Shown piece after piece: positions 1 to 9,890 of a DNA stretch of 64,000 nt. Positions within the stretch are counted from its first letter, which is position 1. Each line of letters begins with the position of its first letter. The notes under the pieces are model-generated. The model was given only the letters and a program-made list of their open reading frames with translations, ran no database searches and was not told the DNA's origin. This stretch comes from Turneriella sp. Lineage in GTDB: Bacteria; Spirochaetota; Leptospiria; Turneriellales; Turneriellaceae. The stretch is taken from the NCBI GenBank assembly GCA_965279515.1, contig CBDIID010000003.1, positions 2,816,001 to 2,880,000 on the forward strand, read 5' to 3'. The translations under genes and the position numbers were made by a program.

Positions 1-385
1 CCGTCGTAATGCGCACCTTATAGGTAGTAAGCGGTTTCAGGAAAGGTAAAGGGACTATGTTTAATCGAGTGCCGTCATTCGACAGGGTGGGCGTTTTAAG
101 CGAAAGGCACGATGCAAAATTATCCAATGAAACCTGCACTGATCCCAAACAAAACGTGCTGCCGATGCTGGTATTTGCTGAAATCGATGCCGTATCAATG
201 GCGACAGTGAAATCGACTGTAAATGGGCCGGAGACAGGAAAATTAGCCACGGCGCCTGCGCCGGAGTTCAAAGGCTCAAAACGCAGCTCCCAGAATCTGC
301 TCCATGAAGAGCATCTGCCAAACCATAAAATAAGAAATACCAGCGGCATACGAACCCAAGCGCTTGTTTTATTACCGATAACCAT
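1..385 (-). CDS. Lipoprotein with bacterial Ig-like (Big_5/SbsA-like) domain; runs off the left edge of the window; not in the ORF track
   Basis: Minus frame open from ATG 385 (alternative ATG 349): MVIGNKTSAWVRMPLVFLILWFGRCSSWSRFWE...FTVDFTVAIDTASI...LSNDGTRLNIVPLPFLKPLTTYKVRITT. The last part is a typical Big_5 pattern. ORF 57..449(+) is its shadow. Confidence 0.75.
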   Translation of the reverse strand, partial: MVIGNKTSAWVRMPLVFLILWFGRCSSWSRFWELRFEPLNSGAGAVANFPVSGPFTVDFTVAIDTASISANTSIGSTFCLGSVQVSLDNFASCLSLKTPTLSNDGTRLNIVPLPFLKPLTTYKVRITT

Positions 386-573
386 ATTGCGGCCGCCACG
401 TTTGCTAACTCATGCCGGTATGCAACCAAAATACCCAGACTTTTTCTGAAAAAATGAAAAACTTAGGGACTGCTGGCAAGGTGGCTTAATTGCCTGGCTG
501 TCACCTAACCATGCTTGCATGATTCGAATGCGAATTTCGCAGGCATGATGTTACCCAGTAGGCGCTTTATCTT

Positions 574-1149
574 TTATTTCTTAGTGACAGTCCACTTGAA
601 ATTCGTCGTCTTTACGTCTTTCCAAGAAGCAGTTAAAGATGAGCCCTGTGAAACGCAGGTTGTACCGTTACCAACATACGTGGGGGTAAGCAGAACGAAG
701 CCAGCAGCAGCAGCGGTATATGTATATGTCTTAGGCGTATTAACATCTAACCCACTCAATGCTAAAGCCGGAGTACCGTAAATTCCGTAATCATAGATTC
801 CCGATGTGTTGCTAACTGTATCATTGAGAGAACCCGGCGTGGGCTGACCAATTAACCTGAGCTGAAGTGTAGCTGAAATAGCGCTATTTCCGCATTTACC
901 TTCCAGTTTGCCCGCGGCCATTACAAATTCATAGGTACCGGCCGCGGGGATGGCAATCTTCGCCTGACAATTATCATAGCAAGAGCCACAAATTTCGCCC
1001 GTGCTGGCAGTTTGTTCGTAAATCACTTTGTTGCCCGACATCAGGCAGGCCGGGCCTTTATCTTCAGCTTCCGTTGTTTTTGCGCATGCCCCCAGAAACA
1101 AGATGGCAAGCATACTCAAGATGAGAGGATTATTGGGGATTTTTTTCAT
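574..1149 (-). CDS. Cys-rich hypothetical lipoprotein
   Basis: MKKIPNNPLILSMLAILFLGAC signal peptide and lipobox. Start placed at ATG 1149 because TTGACC lies 28 nt upstream. Confidence 0.75.
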   Translation of the reverse strand: MKKIPNNPLILSMLAILFLGACAKTTEAEDKGPACLMSGNKVIYEQTASTGEICGSCYDNCQAKIAIPAAGTYEFVMAAGKLEGKCGNSAISATLQLRLIGQPTPGSLNDTVSNTSGIYDYGIYGTPALALSGLDVNTPKTYTYTAAAAGFVLLTPTYVGNGTTCVSQGSSLTASWKDVKTTNFKWTVTKK

Positions 1150-1387
1150 GCATCTCATTAGAAATTATCCAACAATTGGTCAATGATATTGTTAGTCAAA
1201 ATCTGACACTGTTAAAAATCCAACTACTCACCGGAAGTGTCCCGGGGAATTTGGGCTTAAATATACCTCTACGCGGGATTTAGTATCAGCGTTTACGATA
1301 AGATGGGTATTCCGTCTCCATTAGCCTGCCGCGCGCTGAAACGACTCTGTCATTGACGCCCAACTTAAATCACGGGAGCTATCCGCA

Positions 1388-2131
1388 ATGACAGCGCCCC
1401 ATACCGCCCTCACCCGCAGCCGCATTACCAGCGATCACGCGCTGATCACACCAGAAAGCCATGTGTTGCTTTCGCCGCCGGGCTGGTCGAAAGCCACCGT
1501 GGTTTATTTTATCTCGCCGCAGATGGGTGCCAACTTCACCATGTTTATGGGCGTCTTCGAAGCGGGCGGCGAAGTCAAACGCAACCTCGGCGACAATGAG
1601 ATTCTGGGTTATGTCTTAGAGGGGGATGCAGAGCTGAGCGCAAAGTCGAAATCCGCGCTGCAACCGGGTTCGTTCTTTTTTCTGCCACCGGGCACCGCAT
1701 TCAGCATCGCCGCGAAGAAACCCAGTCGGGTATTGTTTTTCGAAAAGATGTATGAACCCCTCGCGGGAGTTAATCCCCCTGCTGAAATTATTTCACACGA
1801 AAACAAAGTCACCAAAGAACCCTTTCTCGGTGACCCAGGTGCCCTTTTGCAAGTGCTCATGCCGATGGGCGCCGAGTTCGATATGGGTGTGAATATTTTT
1901 GAATTCGCCCCGGGCGGTACGTTACCGAATGTCGAGAACCACTATATGGAGCATGGGCTGTATGTTCTGCAGGGCCAGGGCGTCTACCGCCTCAGCGAAA
2001 GCTGGTACCCCGTGCAAAAAGACGATGCCATCTGGATGGCGCCGTTTTGCCTGCAATGGTTTGTGGCATCGGGAAAACAGAATACGAAATATATTTATTA
2101 CAAGGACATGAACCGTCCACCGTTGGTATAA
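1388..2131 (+). CDS. allE: (S)-ureidoglycine aminohydrolase (bicupin)
   Basis: Two cupin domains; E-N-H-YMEHGLYVLQGQGVYRL, WMAPFCLQW and C-terminal YIYYKDMNR motifs. Confidence 0.92.
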   Translation: MTAPHTALTRSRITSDHALITPESHVLLSPPGWSKATVVYFISPQMGANFTMFMGVFEAGGEVKRNLGDNEILGYVLEGDAELSAKSKSALQPGSFFFLPPGTAFSIAAKKPSRVLFFEKMYEPLAGVNPPAEIISHENKVTKEPFLGDPGALLQVLMPMGAEFDMGVNIFEFAPGGTLPNVENHYMEHGLYVLQGQGVYRLSESWYPVQKDDAIWMAPFCLQWFVASGKQNTKYIYYKDMNRPPLV

Positions 2132-2132
2132 T

Positions 2133-2291
2133 ATGGCACTCGGGGAAAATTTAATCGCGAAAGGCCTGCTGACGAAGCAGCAACTCGACACTGCTCTCGC
2201 AAAGCAGAAAGAAACGCCCGGCGAACGTATCGGTGAAATTCTCGTCAAACTCGGCTTTGTGACTAAAGACCAGGTTGAAAGTTCACTTTAA
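2133..2291 (+). CDS. Stand-alone MshEN-motif small protein (52 aa), putative c-di-GMP binder; below the ORF-track length cutoff
   Basis: MALGENLIAKGLLTKQQLDTALAKQKETPGERIGEILVKLGFVTKDQVESSL carries two tandem copies of the RLGxxLxxxG(L/F)(L/V)TxxQLxxAL motif; ATG is 1 nt after the allE stop. Confidence 0.85.
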   Translation: MALGENLIAKGLLTKQQLDTALAKQKETPGERIGEILVKLGFVTKDQVESSL

Positions 2292-3724
2292 TTAATTTTT
2301 CGCCACGGCTTCGCCGCTTCGAGCGCAAAGGCAAGTTCAATGAGCGTGCGTTCGGCACCATGCGGCGCTTGCAGTTGCATGCCGATCGGCAGGCCATTCT
2401 TATCGGCACCCATCGGCAGCGAAATCGCCGGGCTGCCGGCAGCGTTGTTGAGCGGGGTAAAGGCGACGTAGCGCATCAGGCGCTCATAGAGCTGTTCGTA
2501 GTCCATATCGGGGTTTAAATGCCCGAGCTTCGGCACGACATGCCCCAGCACCGGTGAAAGTACCGCATCATAACCGCGCATCGCATCAGCATAGAGCTTT
2601 TGCGTCTGATTTAAACGGTAGAGCATCAGCGGTGCGCTCAGCATGCGCGCCTTAAAATAGTCTACCAACCCACGGCTAAACGGATCGAGCTTGGCGCCGT
2701 CAAAATCGCGGCTGACGACAAAACGCCCGAAAGTGCTGATCAGAAATGCCAGCATGGCCCAGTAGAGCGTGAAGTCTTCGAGAAAATTTTTACTCACAGG
2801 CAACGGCATCGGTACCAGTGTATGACCCATGGATTCGAAAATCTTCTGTGTCTCACTGAGTACCGCGCGCGTTTCCTCACAGGTGTGAGTTCCCGTAATC
2901 GAATCGACAATCACACCGATGCGCAGCTTTTTTTTCCCGGGGCCCTCGACGCGGCCAATCACGGGTAACTTAGGATTGCGGTAATAATCCTCAAGGCCGG
3001 CCATGAAGGCCGCAGTATCGCGCACGCTGCGCGTCACAACGCCTTCGCTCACGATATTGATCGGCATGGAACTCGCGGATGCATTATTGAGATGCCTGTC
3101 GCGCGTCGGTTTCAGGCCCACGAGGCCACAGCATGCGGCCGGCACGCGGATCGAACCACCGCCGTCGTTCGCGTGCGCGATCGGTACAACGCCGGCAGCG
3201 ACGAGCGCCGCCGAGCCGCCCGACGAGCCGCCGGCAGAATAATCGGTATTCCAGGGATTGCGCGTCGGGTGGTCGCTCTCAAATTCCGTCGAAGCATTGA
3301 AGCCGAATTCGGGCAACGAACTCTTGCCCAGAACGTTGAACCCCTGCGCGAGAAACTGCGCGGTAAATTTTCCATCGTCGGCCGCAATGTGCGCTTTCGC
3401 GGCCCGCGTGCCGTTGCGCGTGGGTAATCCCTTCATGTCGGCGTTGTCTTTAACAAAAGTGGGAACTCCCGCGAATATGCCCTGGCCATTGAATTTCCGC
3501 GCTGCATCCTGCGCACGTTCGAAGATAGGAAATTCGATCGCATTCAGGCTACCGTTCACCTTTTGGGCGCGCCGGATGGCAGCCTCGGTGACTTCGGTGG
3601 CAGTAATTTCACCGCGGTGGATGAGCCCGGCGAGGGCCACAGCGTCGTGTTCTGCAAGCACGTCGTTGCCAAAGGCATGGACGCGCTCTCCCAATGTTTC
3701 AGATTTCAAACGGGCAGATGGCAT
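2288..3724 (-). CDS. Amidase signature family protein
   Basis: GVPTFVKD, GGSSGGSAA and DGGGSIRVPA (Lys-Ser-Ser triad). Start placed at ATG 3724. Confidence 0.92.
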   Translation of the reverse strand: MPSARLKSETLGERVHAFGNDVLAEHDAVALAGLIHRGEITATEVTEAAIRRAQKVNGSLNAIEFPIFERAQDAARKFNGQGIFAGVPTFVKDNADMKGLPTRNGTRAAKAHIAADDGKFTAQFLAQGFNVLGKSSLPEFGFNASTEFESDHPTRNPWNTDYSAGGSSGGSAALVAAGVVPIAHANDGGGSIRVPAACCGLVGLKPTRDRHLNNASASSMPINIVSEGVVTRSVRDTAAFMAGLEDYYRNPKLPVIGRVEGPGKKKLRIGVIVDSITGTHTCEETRAVLSETQKIFESMGHTLVPMPLPVSKNFLEDFTLYWAMLAFLISTFGRFVVSRDFDGAKLDPFSRGLVDYFKARMLSAPLMLYRLNQTQKLYADAMRGYDAVLSPVLGHVVPKLGHLNPDMDYEQLYERLMRYVAFTPLNNAAGSPAISLPMGADKNGLPIGMQLQAPHGAERTLIELAFALEAAKPWRKIN

Positions 3725-3825
3725 GAGAGCGGGTGCGACGCACAAATCGCAGCGTCAACGGAGAAAGTATTCCCTGAATTGTATTGACTTAGGGTGTAAA
3801 TGCGTCTGATTGCAACCATCTATCC

Positions 3826-5997
3826 ATGCGTTTATTGATCCAGGCATTACCCATCTTATTGCTCAGCGCAGCGCCGATCATTGCTGCCGGGGAGCCCCCC
3901 GCTATTGTCTATGGCGCCGACGAAGCATTTCGCCCCTATGAGTGGTTCAGCGAAGACGGCAAGCTCGAGGGTTTCCAGATCGATCTGGTACGCGCCATCG
4001 CGGCCTCGACCGGCCGGCGAGTGAATTTTGTCACCGGCGCATGGAATACCATCCGCAACGGATTCATGGATGGCAGCGTGCATGTCGTCACCATGTTCGA
4101 TCAGCCCGTGCGCAGGGGATACGCCGATTTCAGCAAACCGCACTCCGTGCTCGCTTCAGAAATTTTTATCCGTCAGGGCTCGAAGCCGATTTTATCACTC
4201 GCCGAACTCGCCGGTAAGGAAGTCATCCAGCAAGCGGGAGCTCTTTCTTCGGAATATCTGCACACGCAGACAATAAAGTATAAATCCATTCCCGTGCGCG
4301 ATCCGCTGGAAGCGATACAGCTTCTGGCCTCAGGCAAGCACGATTGTGTTATCACCACGCAGGTCGGCGGCCGCTACGCTTTGCAGAAACTCGGCATCAA
4401 AAATGTCATCGGCACGGGGCAGCCGATTTTGGCCTCCAATGTCGCCTTCGCGGTGCGCAAAGGTGATACAGAAATGCTGCGTTGGCTCAACGACGGTATC
4501 GACAAGGTCAAGGCCGACGGCAGTTACGAACAGATTTACCAGCGCTGGTTCGGTGACGGCGACCAGGCAAAAAAAGCGGAGCTACAAAAGTTACAGCGCG
4601 TCTTTTTTGCGGCGCTCGCAGTTCTGGTTTTAATCATCAGCGGCAGCCTGCTTTGGGTGAAAATGCTGCGCCGCGCCGTGGCGGCGCAAACGCTCGAACT
4701 GCAGTACCTCGCTGACCATGACTCTCTCACGGGCGTCTACAACCGCCACTATATCACACGCGCGGTCAGCGATGCTATCCAGGAATTTACCAACCTGGGG
4801 GCAAAAGGTTCCTTCGGTTTGTTATTCATCGACCTCGACCGCTTTAAGCTCGTCAATGACAGCCTGGGCCACCATTTCGGCGATCTTGTCATCAAGGCGG
4901 TGGCTTTTGAAATTCTCGCGGCGGTCGATAACCGCTGCCTGGTGGCGCGCTGGGGTGGGGATGAATTCATCGTGCTGGTAAATTCGGTGCCGCACGGGGG
5001 TGCGCTGGAAAAAATTGCCAACCGTATTGCCGACAAACTCAAATCTCCCTACAGTTTCCGTGATAAGGATATCTATGTCGGCGCGAGCATCGGTGCGGTG
5101 ATGTCATCGCTGCGTTATGGCAGTGCCGAAGAAATGCTCCGCGATGCCGATAACGCCATGTACAGCGCCAAGGCCGACAAACGCGCTTCGGTAAAACTTT
5201 TCGAACCGCAAATGCATGAGATTGCGGTACGCAGCATGCGGCTCAGCTCTGATTTTCGAAAGGCAGTCGACCGCGGCGAAATCATCAACTATTACCAGCC
5301 CATCTTCACGCTGAAAAACGCTGAACTCCGCGGTTTCGAAGCGTTGGTGCGCTGGCAGCACCCGGAACTGGGATTACTGTTGCCCGCATCATTCATGCCT
5401 ATTCTGGAAAAGACGGATGCGATGCGTCTTCTGGGCGATTGTGTAATGAAGAACGCGATTGCAGCCGCAAAAAGCTGGTCTCAGAGTTTTCCGGGTGATT
5501 TTTATATCAGTGTCAATATCTCTGACGAACAATTTGCCTTTGGCAACCTGACCGAACATATCGGTGGTTTGATTGATGCGGCAAAGCTTCCCCCACATTT
5601 TATGCGGTTGGAAATTACCGAGACGGTCCTGATGGCCGATACGGTGAGTGGCATGTCGCAGCTGGATGAACTCAAGGGCATGGGCCTCAGGTTACTCATC
5701 GACGATTTCGGTACCGGATTTTCTTCCCTGAGCCACCTCGCCTCGATTCCCGCAGATACGATTAAGATCGATCGTTCTTTCGTGCACGGTTTGAAGCCGG
5801 GCCTCAAGAACTATGAAATCGTCAAAGCCATGCTGGCTTTAACGGCGAATTTGCACCTCGAGGCCGTGGCAGAGGGTGTGGAAACCGATGAGGAGCGCGA
5901 ATGGTTGGGCAAGCTCGGCTGTGAATATGCGCAAGGTTTTCTGTTTTCGCATCCCCTCACCGAAGCTGCGGCGCTGCAACTTTTGGAGAAACAGTGA
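3826..5997 (+). CDS. Periplasmic SBP_bac_3 sensor - TM - GGDEF - EAL c-di-GMP cyclase/phosphodiesterase
   Basis: Signal peptide, family-3 solute-binding domain, TM helix, HDSLTG...IDLDRFK..NDSLGH..GD...RWGGDEF, then EALVRW...LEITE...DDFGTGFSSL...KIDRSF...AEGVE. Confidence 0.93.
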   Translation: MRLLIQALPILLLSAAPIIAAGEPPAIVYGADEAFRPYEWFSEDGKLEGFQIDLVRAIAASTGRRVNFVTGAWNTIRNGFMDGSVHVVTMFDQPVRRGYADFSKPHSVLASEIFIRQGSKPILSLAELAGKEVIQQAGALSSEYLHTQTIKYKSIPVRDPLEAIQLLASGKHDCVITTQVGGRYALQKLGIKNVIGTGQPILASNVAFAVRKGDTEMLRWLNDGIDKVKADGSYEQIYQRWFGDGDQAKKAELQKLQRVFFAALAVLVLIISGSLLWVKMLRRAVAAQTLELQYLADHDSLTGVYNRHYITRAVSDAIQEFTNLGAKGSFGLLFIDLDRFKLVNDSLGHHFGDLVIKAVAFEILAAVDNRCLVARWGGDEFIVLVNSVPHGGALEKIANRIADKLKSPYSFRDKDIYVGASIGAVMSSLRYGSAEEMLRDADNAMYSAKADKRASVKLFEPQMHEIAVRSMRLSSDFRKAVDRGEIINYYQPIFTLKNAELRGFEALVRWQHPELGLLLPASFMPILEKTDAMRLLGDCVMKNAIAAAKSWSQSFPGDFYISVNISDEQFAFGNLTEHIGGLIDAAKLPPHFMRLEITETVLMADTVSGMSQLDELKGMGLRLLIDDFGTGFSSLSHLASIPADTIKIDRSFVHGLKPGLKNYEIVKAMLALTANLHLEAVAEGVETDEEREWLGKLGCEYAQGFLFSHPLTEAAALQLLEKQ

Positions 5998-6497
5998 CAT
6001 TAAACGAACTAAATGCCTTACCCGAGACCGAAGCCCGCAAGGTGTTCCATGACTGCAATGCCGCGGAAAAATGGGGCAGCACGCTTGCGGCATCTCGCCC
6101 CTTTGCTGATCTCGATGCGCTGAAAAATCAAGCGGCATCGGTCTGGAAAACTCTCGGCGAGCCGGACTTTTTGCAGGCCTTCGAGGCACACCCGATGATC
6201 GGTGACGTGGACTCGTTACGCAAGAAGTATGCCTCGACAAAAGCCATGGCTTCGGGCGAACAATCGGGAGCCACAGGTGCCGACGAGGCGGTACTCACGG
6301 AACTTGCAGTAAAAAACCGCGAGTACCTGGAGAAATTTGGCTTTATCTTCATTGTCTTTGCCACCGGAAAAACCGCTGCCCAGATGCTCGATTTGCTGCG
6401 CGCACGCATCGGTAATACCAGGGCAGAGGAAATCCGTAATGCGGCGGCAGAGCAGTTGAAGATCAGTCTTTTACGTATCGATAAACTGCTGGCGTGA
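5994..6497 (+). CDS. uraD: OHCU decarboxylase
   Basis: AHPMIG, SGEQSG, NREYLEKFGFIFIV and EQLKI..LR motifs; overlaps the upstream stop (GTGA). Confidence 0.93.
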   Translation: MTLNELNALPETEARKVFHDCNAAEKWGSTLAASRPFADLDALKNQAASVWKTLGEPDFLQAFEAHPMIGDVDSLRKKYASTKAMASGEQSGATGADEAVLTELAVKNREYLEKFGFIFIVFATGKTAAQMLDLLRARIGNTRAEEIRNAAAEQLKISLLRIDKLLA

Positions 6498-6537
6498 ATT
6501 TGTATTGGCGCGGCATGAGCCGCACTTACATGCGATT

Positions 6538-6867
6538 ATGAAAAGCATCAGCACGCACATTCTCGATATCTCACGCGGCAAGCCTGCACAGGGCGTTCAG
6601 GTTGTTCTCGAGTTTCTTGACGGAGAGTTCAAAAAGGCCGCTGAAGGTGTGACCGATGCCGACGGCCGCGTGCGCGATTGGCAATTCACCATGAAGACCG
6701 GAACCTGGCGCATCCGTTTTGAAATCGCCTCGTATTTTGAAGGCCTGAAAGAATCGTGCTTTTATCCTTACGTCGAAATCGTCTTCCAGGTGACAAATGC
6801 CGAACAGCATTACCACGTGCCCTTACTGCTCAGCGCCTACGGGTTTTCCACCTACCGCGGCAGCTGA
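6538..6867 (+). CDS. uraH: 5-hydroxyisourate hydrolase (transthyretin-like)
   Basis: ISTHILD...G.PA, TDADGR and HYHVPLLLSAYGFSTYRGS C-terminus. Confidence 0.95.
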   Translation: MKSISTHILDISRGKPAQGVQVVLEFLDGEFKKAAEGVTDADGRVRDWQFTMKTGTWRIRFEIASYFEGLKESCFYPYVEIVFQVTNAEQHYHVPLLLSAYGFSTYRGS

Positions 6868-7932
6868 TTACACCAACACCGCCGCGCCCTTAACCTGCGC
6901 GAAAACCTGCGCGCCGGCGATGAGGCCTAGGCTCTGCAGAGATTTGCGCGTGATGCGCGCGAGAACGATAGTTCCGCCCAGATCGAGCTTCAGTAATGCA
7001 AGGGGGATCTCCCCTTCGGAAATTTCCAGGATACGTGCCGGAAAAATGTTCACCACGCTGGTATCGGTGCCGTGACTGAGTGCAATACTGACATCGCTCG
7101 CCGCAACGCGCAGCTTTACACTTTCTCCCGGCGGCTTAGCAATGCGCGGAACAAGAAACTTACCTCCGGGAAAGGTTATCTCGCTGAGCTGCCATGCTTC
7201 ATCGTGAGAGACGACGATACCGGGGATAACCACTTCGGCCTCAGGACTTTTCGCGAGAGGCAGGTCCAACCGGGTGAGCATCCCGGTTGTCTCCCCCATG
7301 GCGGTAATTTTGCCCGCGTCGATCAGAATCATCTGATCGGCGAGGCGGGCAACCTCATCGAGTGCATGGCTGACATAAAGAATGGGGATGCCCATGCTAT
7401 CGGCAATATGTTCCAGAAGGGGATAGATACCGATACGCGCGGAAATATCGAGAGCCCCCAGGGGTTCATCCATCAGCAACAGTTGGGGCGAACTCAGCAG
7501 CGCACGCCCTAAGGCGATAAGCTGCCTCTCACCGCCGGAAAGATTTTGCGTACGGCGCCGCAGCAAATGGCCGATTTTCAACAGGTCAATGACCTGACCG
7601 GGCTGAAAACGCCGTTTGGCTATGGCGCGCCGACTGTATCCATAGAGAAGATTCTTTTCCACATTCAGGTGATCAAACAGATCAGCTTCCTGGAAAATAT
7701 ACCCTACGTGACGGCTGTGCGGGGGTACAAAGTGTTTTTTACTCTGCCAGTCCGAATCTCCGATCTGCAATATGCCATCGGCACGTTCGAGACCCACTAT
7801 CGCACGCAACAGCGAGGTTTTTCCGGAACCTGACGGCCCAAAGAGCGCGGTAATTCCGTTCAGAGGGAAATCCAACTGTGCATGCAACTCAAATGCACCC
7901 CGGGTCAGCTTCAGATCGGCGGTTAATTTCAT
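6868..7932 (-). CDS. modC: Molybdate ABC transporter ATP-binding protein
   Basis: GPSGSGKT, LSGGERQ, LLLMDEP, YVSH; C-terminal TOBE/Mop domain. Confidence 0.93.
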   Translation of the reverse strand: MKLTADLKLTRGAFELHAQLDFPLNGITALFGPSGSGKTSLLRAIVGLERADGILQIGDSDWQSKKHFVPPHSRHVGYIFQEADLFDHLNVEKNLLYGYSRRAIAKRRFQPGQVIDLLKIGHLLRRRTQNLSGGERQLIALGRALLSSPQLLLMDEPLGALDISARIGIYPLLEHIADSMGIPILYVSHALDEVARLADQMILIDAGKITAMGETTGMLTRLDLPLAKSPEAEVVIPGIVVSHDEAWQLSEITFPGGKFLVPRIAKPPGESVKLRVAASDVSIALSHGTDTSVVNIFPARILEISEGEIPLALLKLDLGGTIVLARITRKSLQSLGLIAGAQVFAQVKGAAVLV

Positions 7933-7934
7933 TT

Positions 7935-8612
7935 TCAGATTTTGATCAAAATTTTGCGCCGACGCAGCACGTAGATCGTCAGCAAAATCAGAAAAGAAAA
8001 TATCACGAGCCCCAGTGCCAGGCGGTGCGCTTCTGTATAATGTAATGCTTCGACATGATTGTAGATCACCGTCGACAGCACCTGCGTGCGACCCGGAATA
8101 TTGCCGCCGATCATCAGTACAATACCGAATTCACCCAGCGTGTGCGCAAAAGTCAAAACAGCCGCAGTCAGGTAGGCTGGTCGTGCCAAGGGCAACGCCA
8201 CGGTCAGAAAACGGTTCAACGGCGATGCGCCGAGCGTTGCCGCGACTTCGAGCGGACGGCGCCCGATGGCCTCGAAGCCGTCTTTGAGCGGCCCAACGGC
8301 AAAGGGCAACGAATAGATAATCGAACCCACGACGAGCCCCGGAAAGGAAAACACCAGTTTTTCGCCGAAGATTTTTTCAAAAAACGCCCCGACGGGATTT
8401 GCAGGCGAGAACATCAGCAAAAGATAAAAACCCAGCACCGTGGGCGGCAAAACCAGCGGCAACGCGACGAGCGCTTCAGTAACAAGGCGTAACGGCGAGC
8501 GCGAATGCGCAAGCCACCATGCAATGGGTGTGGCAATGAGCAGTAGAAGGCATGTCGTCACACTGGCCAGCTTCAACGTTAAAAAAAGCGCACTCACATC
8601 ACTGCCGGACAC
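7935..8612 (-). CDS. modB: Molybdate ABC transporter permease
   Basis: LPLVLPPTVLGFYLL, FAHTLGEFG..LMIGGNIPGRT. Confidence 0.95.
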   Translation of the reverse strand: MSGSDVSALFLTLKLASVTTCLLLLIATPIAWWLAHSRSPLRLVTEALVALPLVLPPTVLGFYLLLMFSPANPVGAFFEKIFGEKLVFSFPGLVVGSIIYSLPFAVGPLKDGFEAIGRRPLEVAATLGASPLNRFLTVALPLARPAYLTAAVLTFAHTLGEFGIVLMIGGNIPGRTQVLSTVIYNHVEALHYTEAHRLALGLVIFSFLILLTIYVLRRRKILIKI

Positions 8613-8668
8613 GGATGGGCAAATGTACTATTTATTTCACACGGAGTCCGCATTTTTTTAACTACACA

Positions 8669-9385
8669 ATGCGGGCCGAGCCTGTGCACATTTCCCCGGA
8701 ATCCATTATCCGCTATCGCGACCTGTGCCGCGTCTGCAACCGCTCACGCGCGACGTGTTTCTGCAAGTATACGACTCCGCTCAGAACAAACACACGTTTT
8801 ATTATTCTCATGCATCCCAAGGAATTCAAACGCCAGCGCACCGGAACCGGGCGCGTCACACGGTTATCGCTGCTCAACTCGGAAATCATCGTGGGTGCAG
8901 AATTTGGCGCCGATGCGAAATTAAGCGCAACCCTGAATGACCCGGCCTATTTTCCGCTGTTGCTTTTTCCTGGATTACATGCCATCCATGCCGCATCGGT
9001 CGAGTTTAGTTCCATGGTCTCGAATCGTCGACCCTTAGTCGTCATTGTGGATGCGACCTGGTCGAGCGCACGCAAGATGTTAAGGCTGAGCCCCAACCTG
9101 CAACAGCTGCCGCGACTCACGTTTAGAGAGGGGGACGTTTCGAAATTTGTCATCAAGCGGCAGCCCAATGCCGTTGCCCTGTCGACGATAGAAGCCGCTT
9201 ACCGGGTGCTAGACGAATTGAATGCGAATGGTTATGAAAATCTCGGAACTAAACACGATTCCCTGATGCGGACCCTCGAAGCAATTGTGGCATTTCAGAT
9301 CAAATGCGAGGCAGATCCGAATCTACCATCGCACCGCATCAAAAAACCGCTCAAAGCCCCTGAACAAAGTCACGCAGCTCTTTAA
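8669..9385 (+). CDS. DTW-domain tRNA-uridine aminocarboxypropyltransferase (TapT-like)
   Basis: CxxC..CxC N-terminus, HPKE..TGTG, LLFP, DATW..ARKM, LSTIEA. Confidence 0.88.
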   Translation: MRAEPVHISPESIIRYRDLCRVCNRSRATCFCKYTTPLRTNTRFIILMHPKEFKRQRTGTGRVTRLSLLNSEIIVGAEFGADAKLSATLNDPAYFPLLLFPGLHAIHAASVEFSSMVSNRRPLVVIVDATWSSARKMLRLSPNLQQLPRLTFREGDVSKFVIKRQPNAVALSTIEAAYRVLDELNANGYENLGTKHDSLMRTLEAIVAFQIKCEADPNLPSHRIKKPLKAPEQSHAAL

Positions 9386-9884
9386 GGTAGTGGGTCTTCT
9401 TGCTGAGACTATCGATCATCAGGCAGCCTTCGATCGATGACAGAATAACAGTACTCAGAATTTTCGCTTCTTTATTAGTCTTGCCAAGCGCCATTATTTC
9501 GACCCTCAGCCAGTCACCGAGTGCACTGAAAAAATTCACAATGATGGTTTTCGCAGTATCTGAAATCTGAGCCGATTCGGCTGCCAAAATGCCGGCGGTG
9601 CACTGCCGGTCTTCGAGGTTATCTTCAATGAGATCAAAAACCTTTAACAGGCGGGCTTTGCCGGGTTTGAGTTTCTCCGTCTGTTCGCGGATCGCCGTAA
9701 ACATCGCTGCGGCATAGTTACGCGCGACCTCTTCGATGAGATCGTCTTTCTGCGGAAAATAATAATGCACACTCGATGACTTGATGCCGAGCCGGGCCGC
9801 GAGCTCACGGAAACTCAGGCTTGAAACGCCTTTTTCCTGCAGCTCGCGGTTCGCGAGAGTTAAGATCTCTTCTTTTTTACCCAT
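9351..9884 (-). CDS. TetR/AcrR family transcriptional regulator
   Basis: G..SLSFRELAARLGIKSSSVHYYFPQKDDL helix-turn-helix. Confidence 0.92.
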   Translation of the reverse strand: MGKKEEILTLANRELQEKGVSSLSFRELAARLGIKSSSVHYYFPQKDDLIEEVARNYAAAMFTAIREQTEKLKPGKARLLKVFDLIEDNLEDRQCTAGILAAESAQISDTAKTIIVNFFSALGDWLRVEIMALGKTNKEAKILSTVILSSIEGCLMIDSLSKKTHYLKELRDFVQGL

Positions 9885-9890
9885 ATGCGA

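Noticed and set aside
57..449. ORF-track 130-aa ORF on +
   Set aside because: Shadow of the minus-strand Ig-like lipoprotein gene
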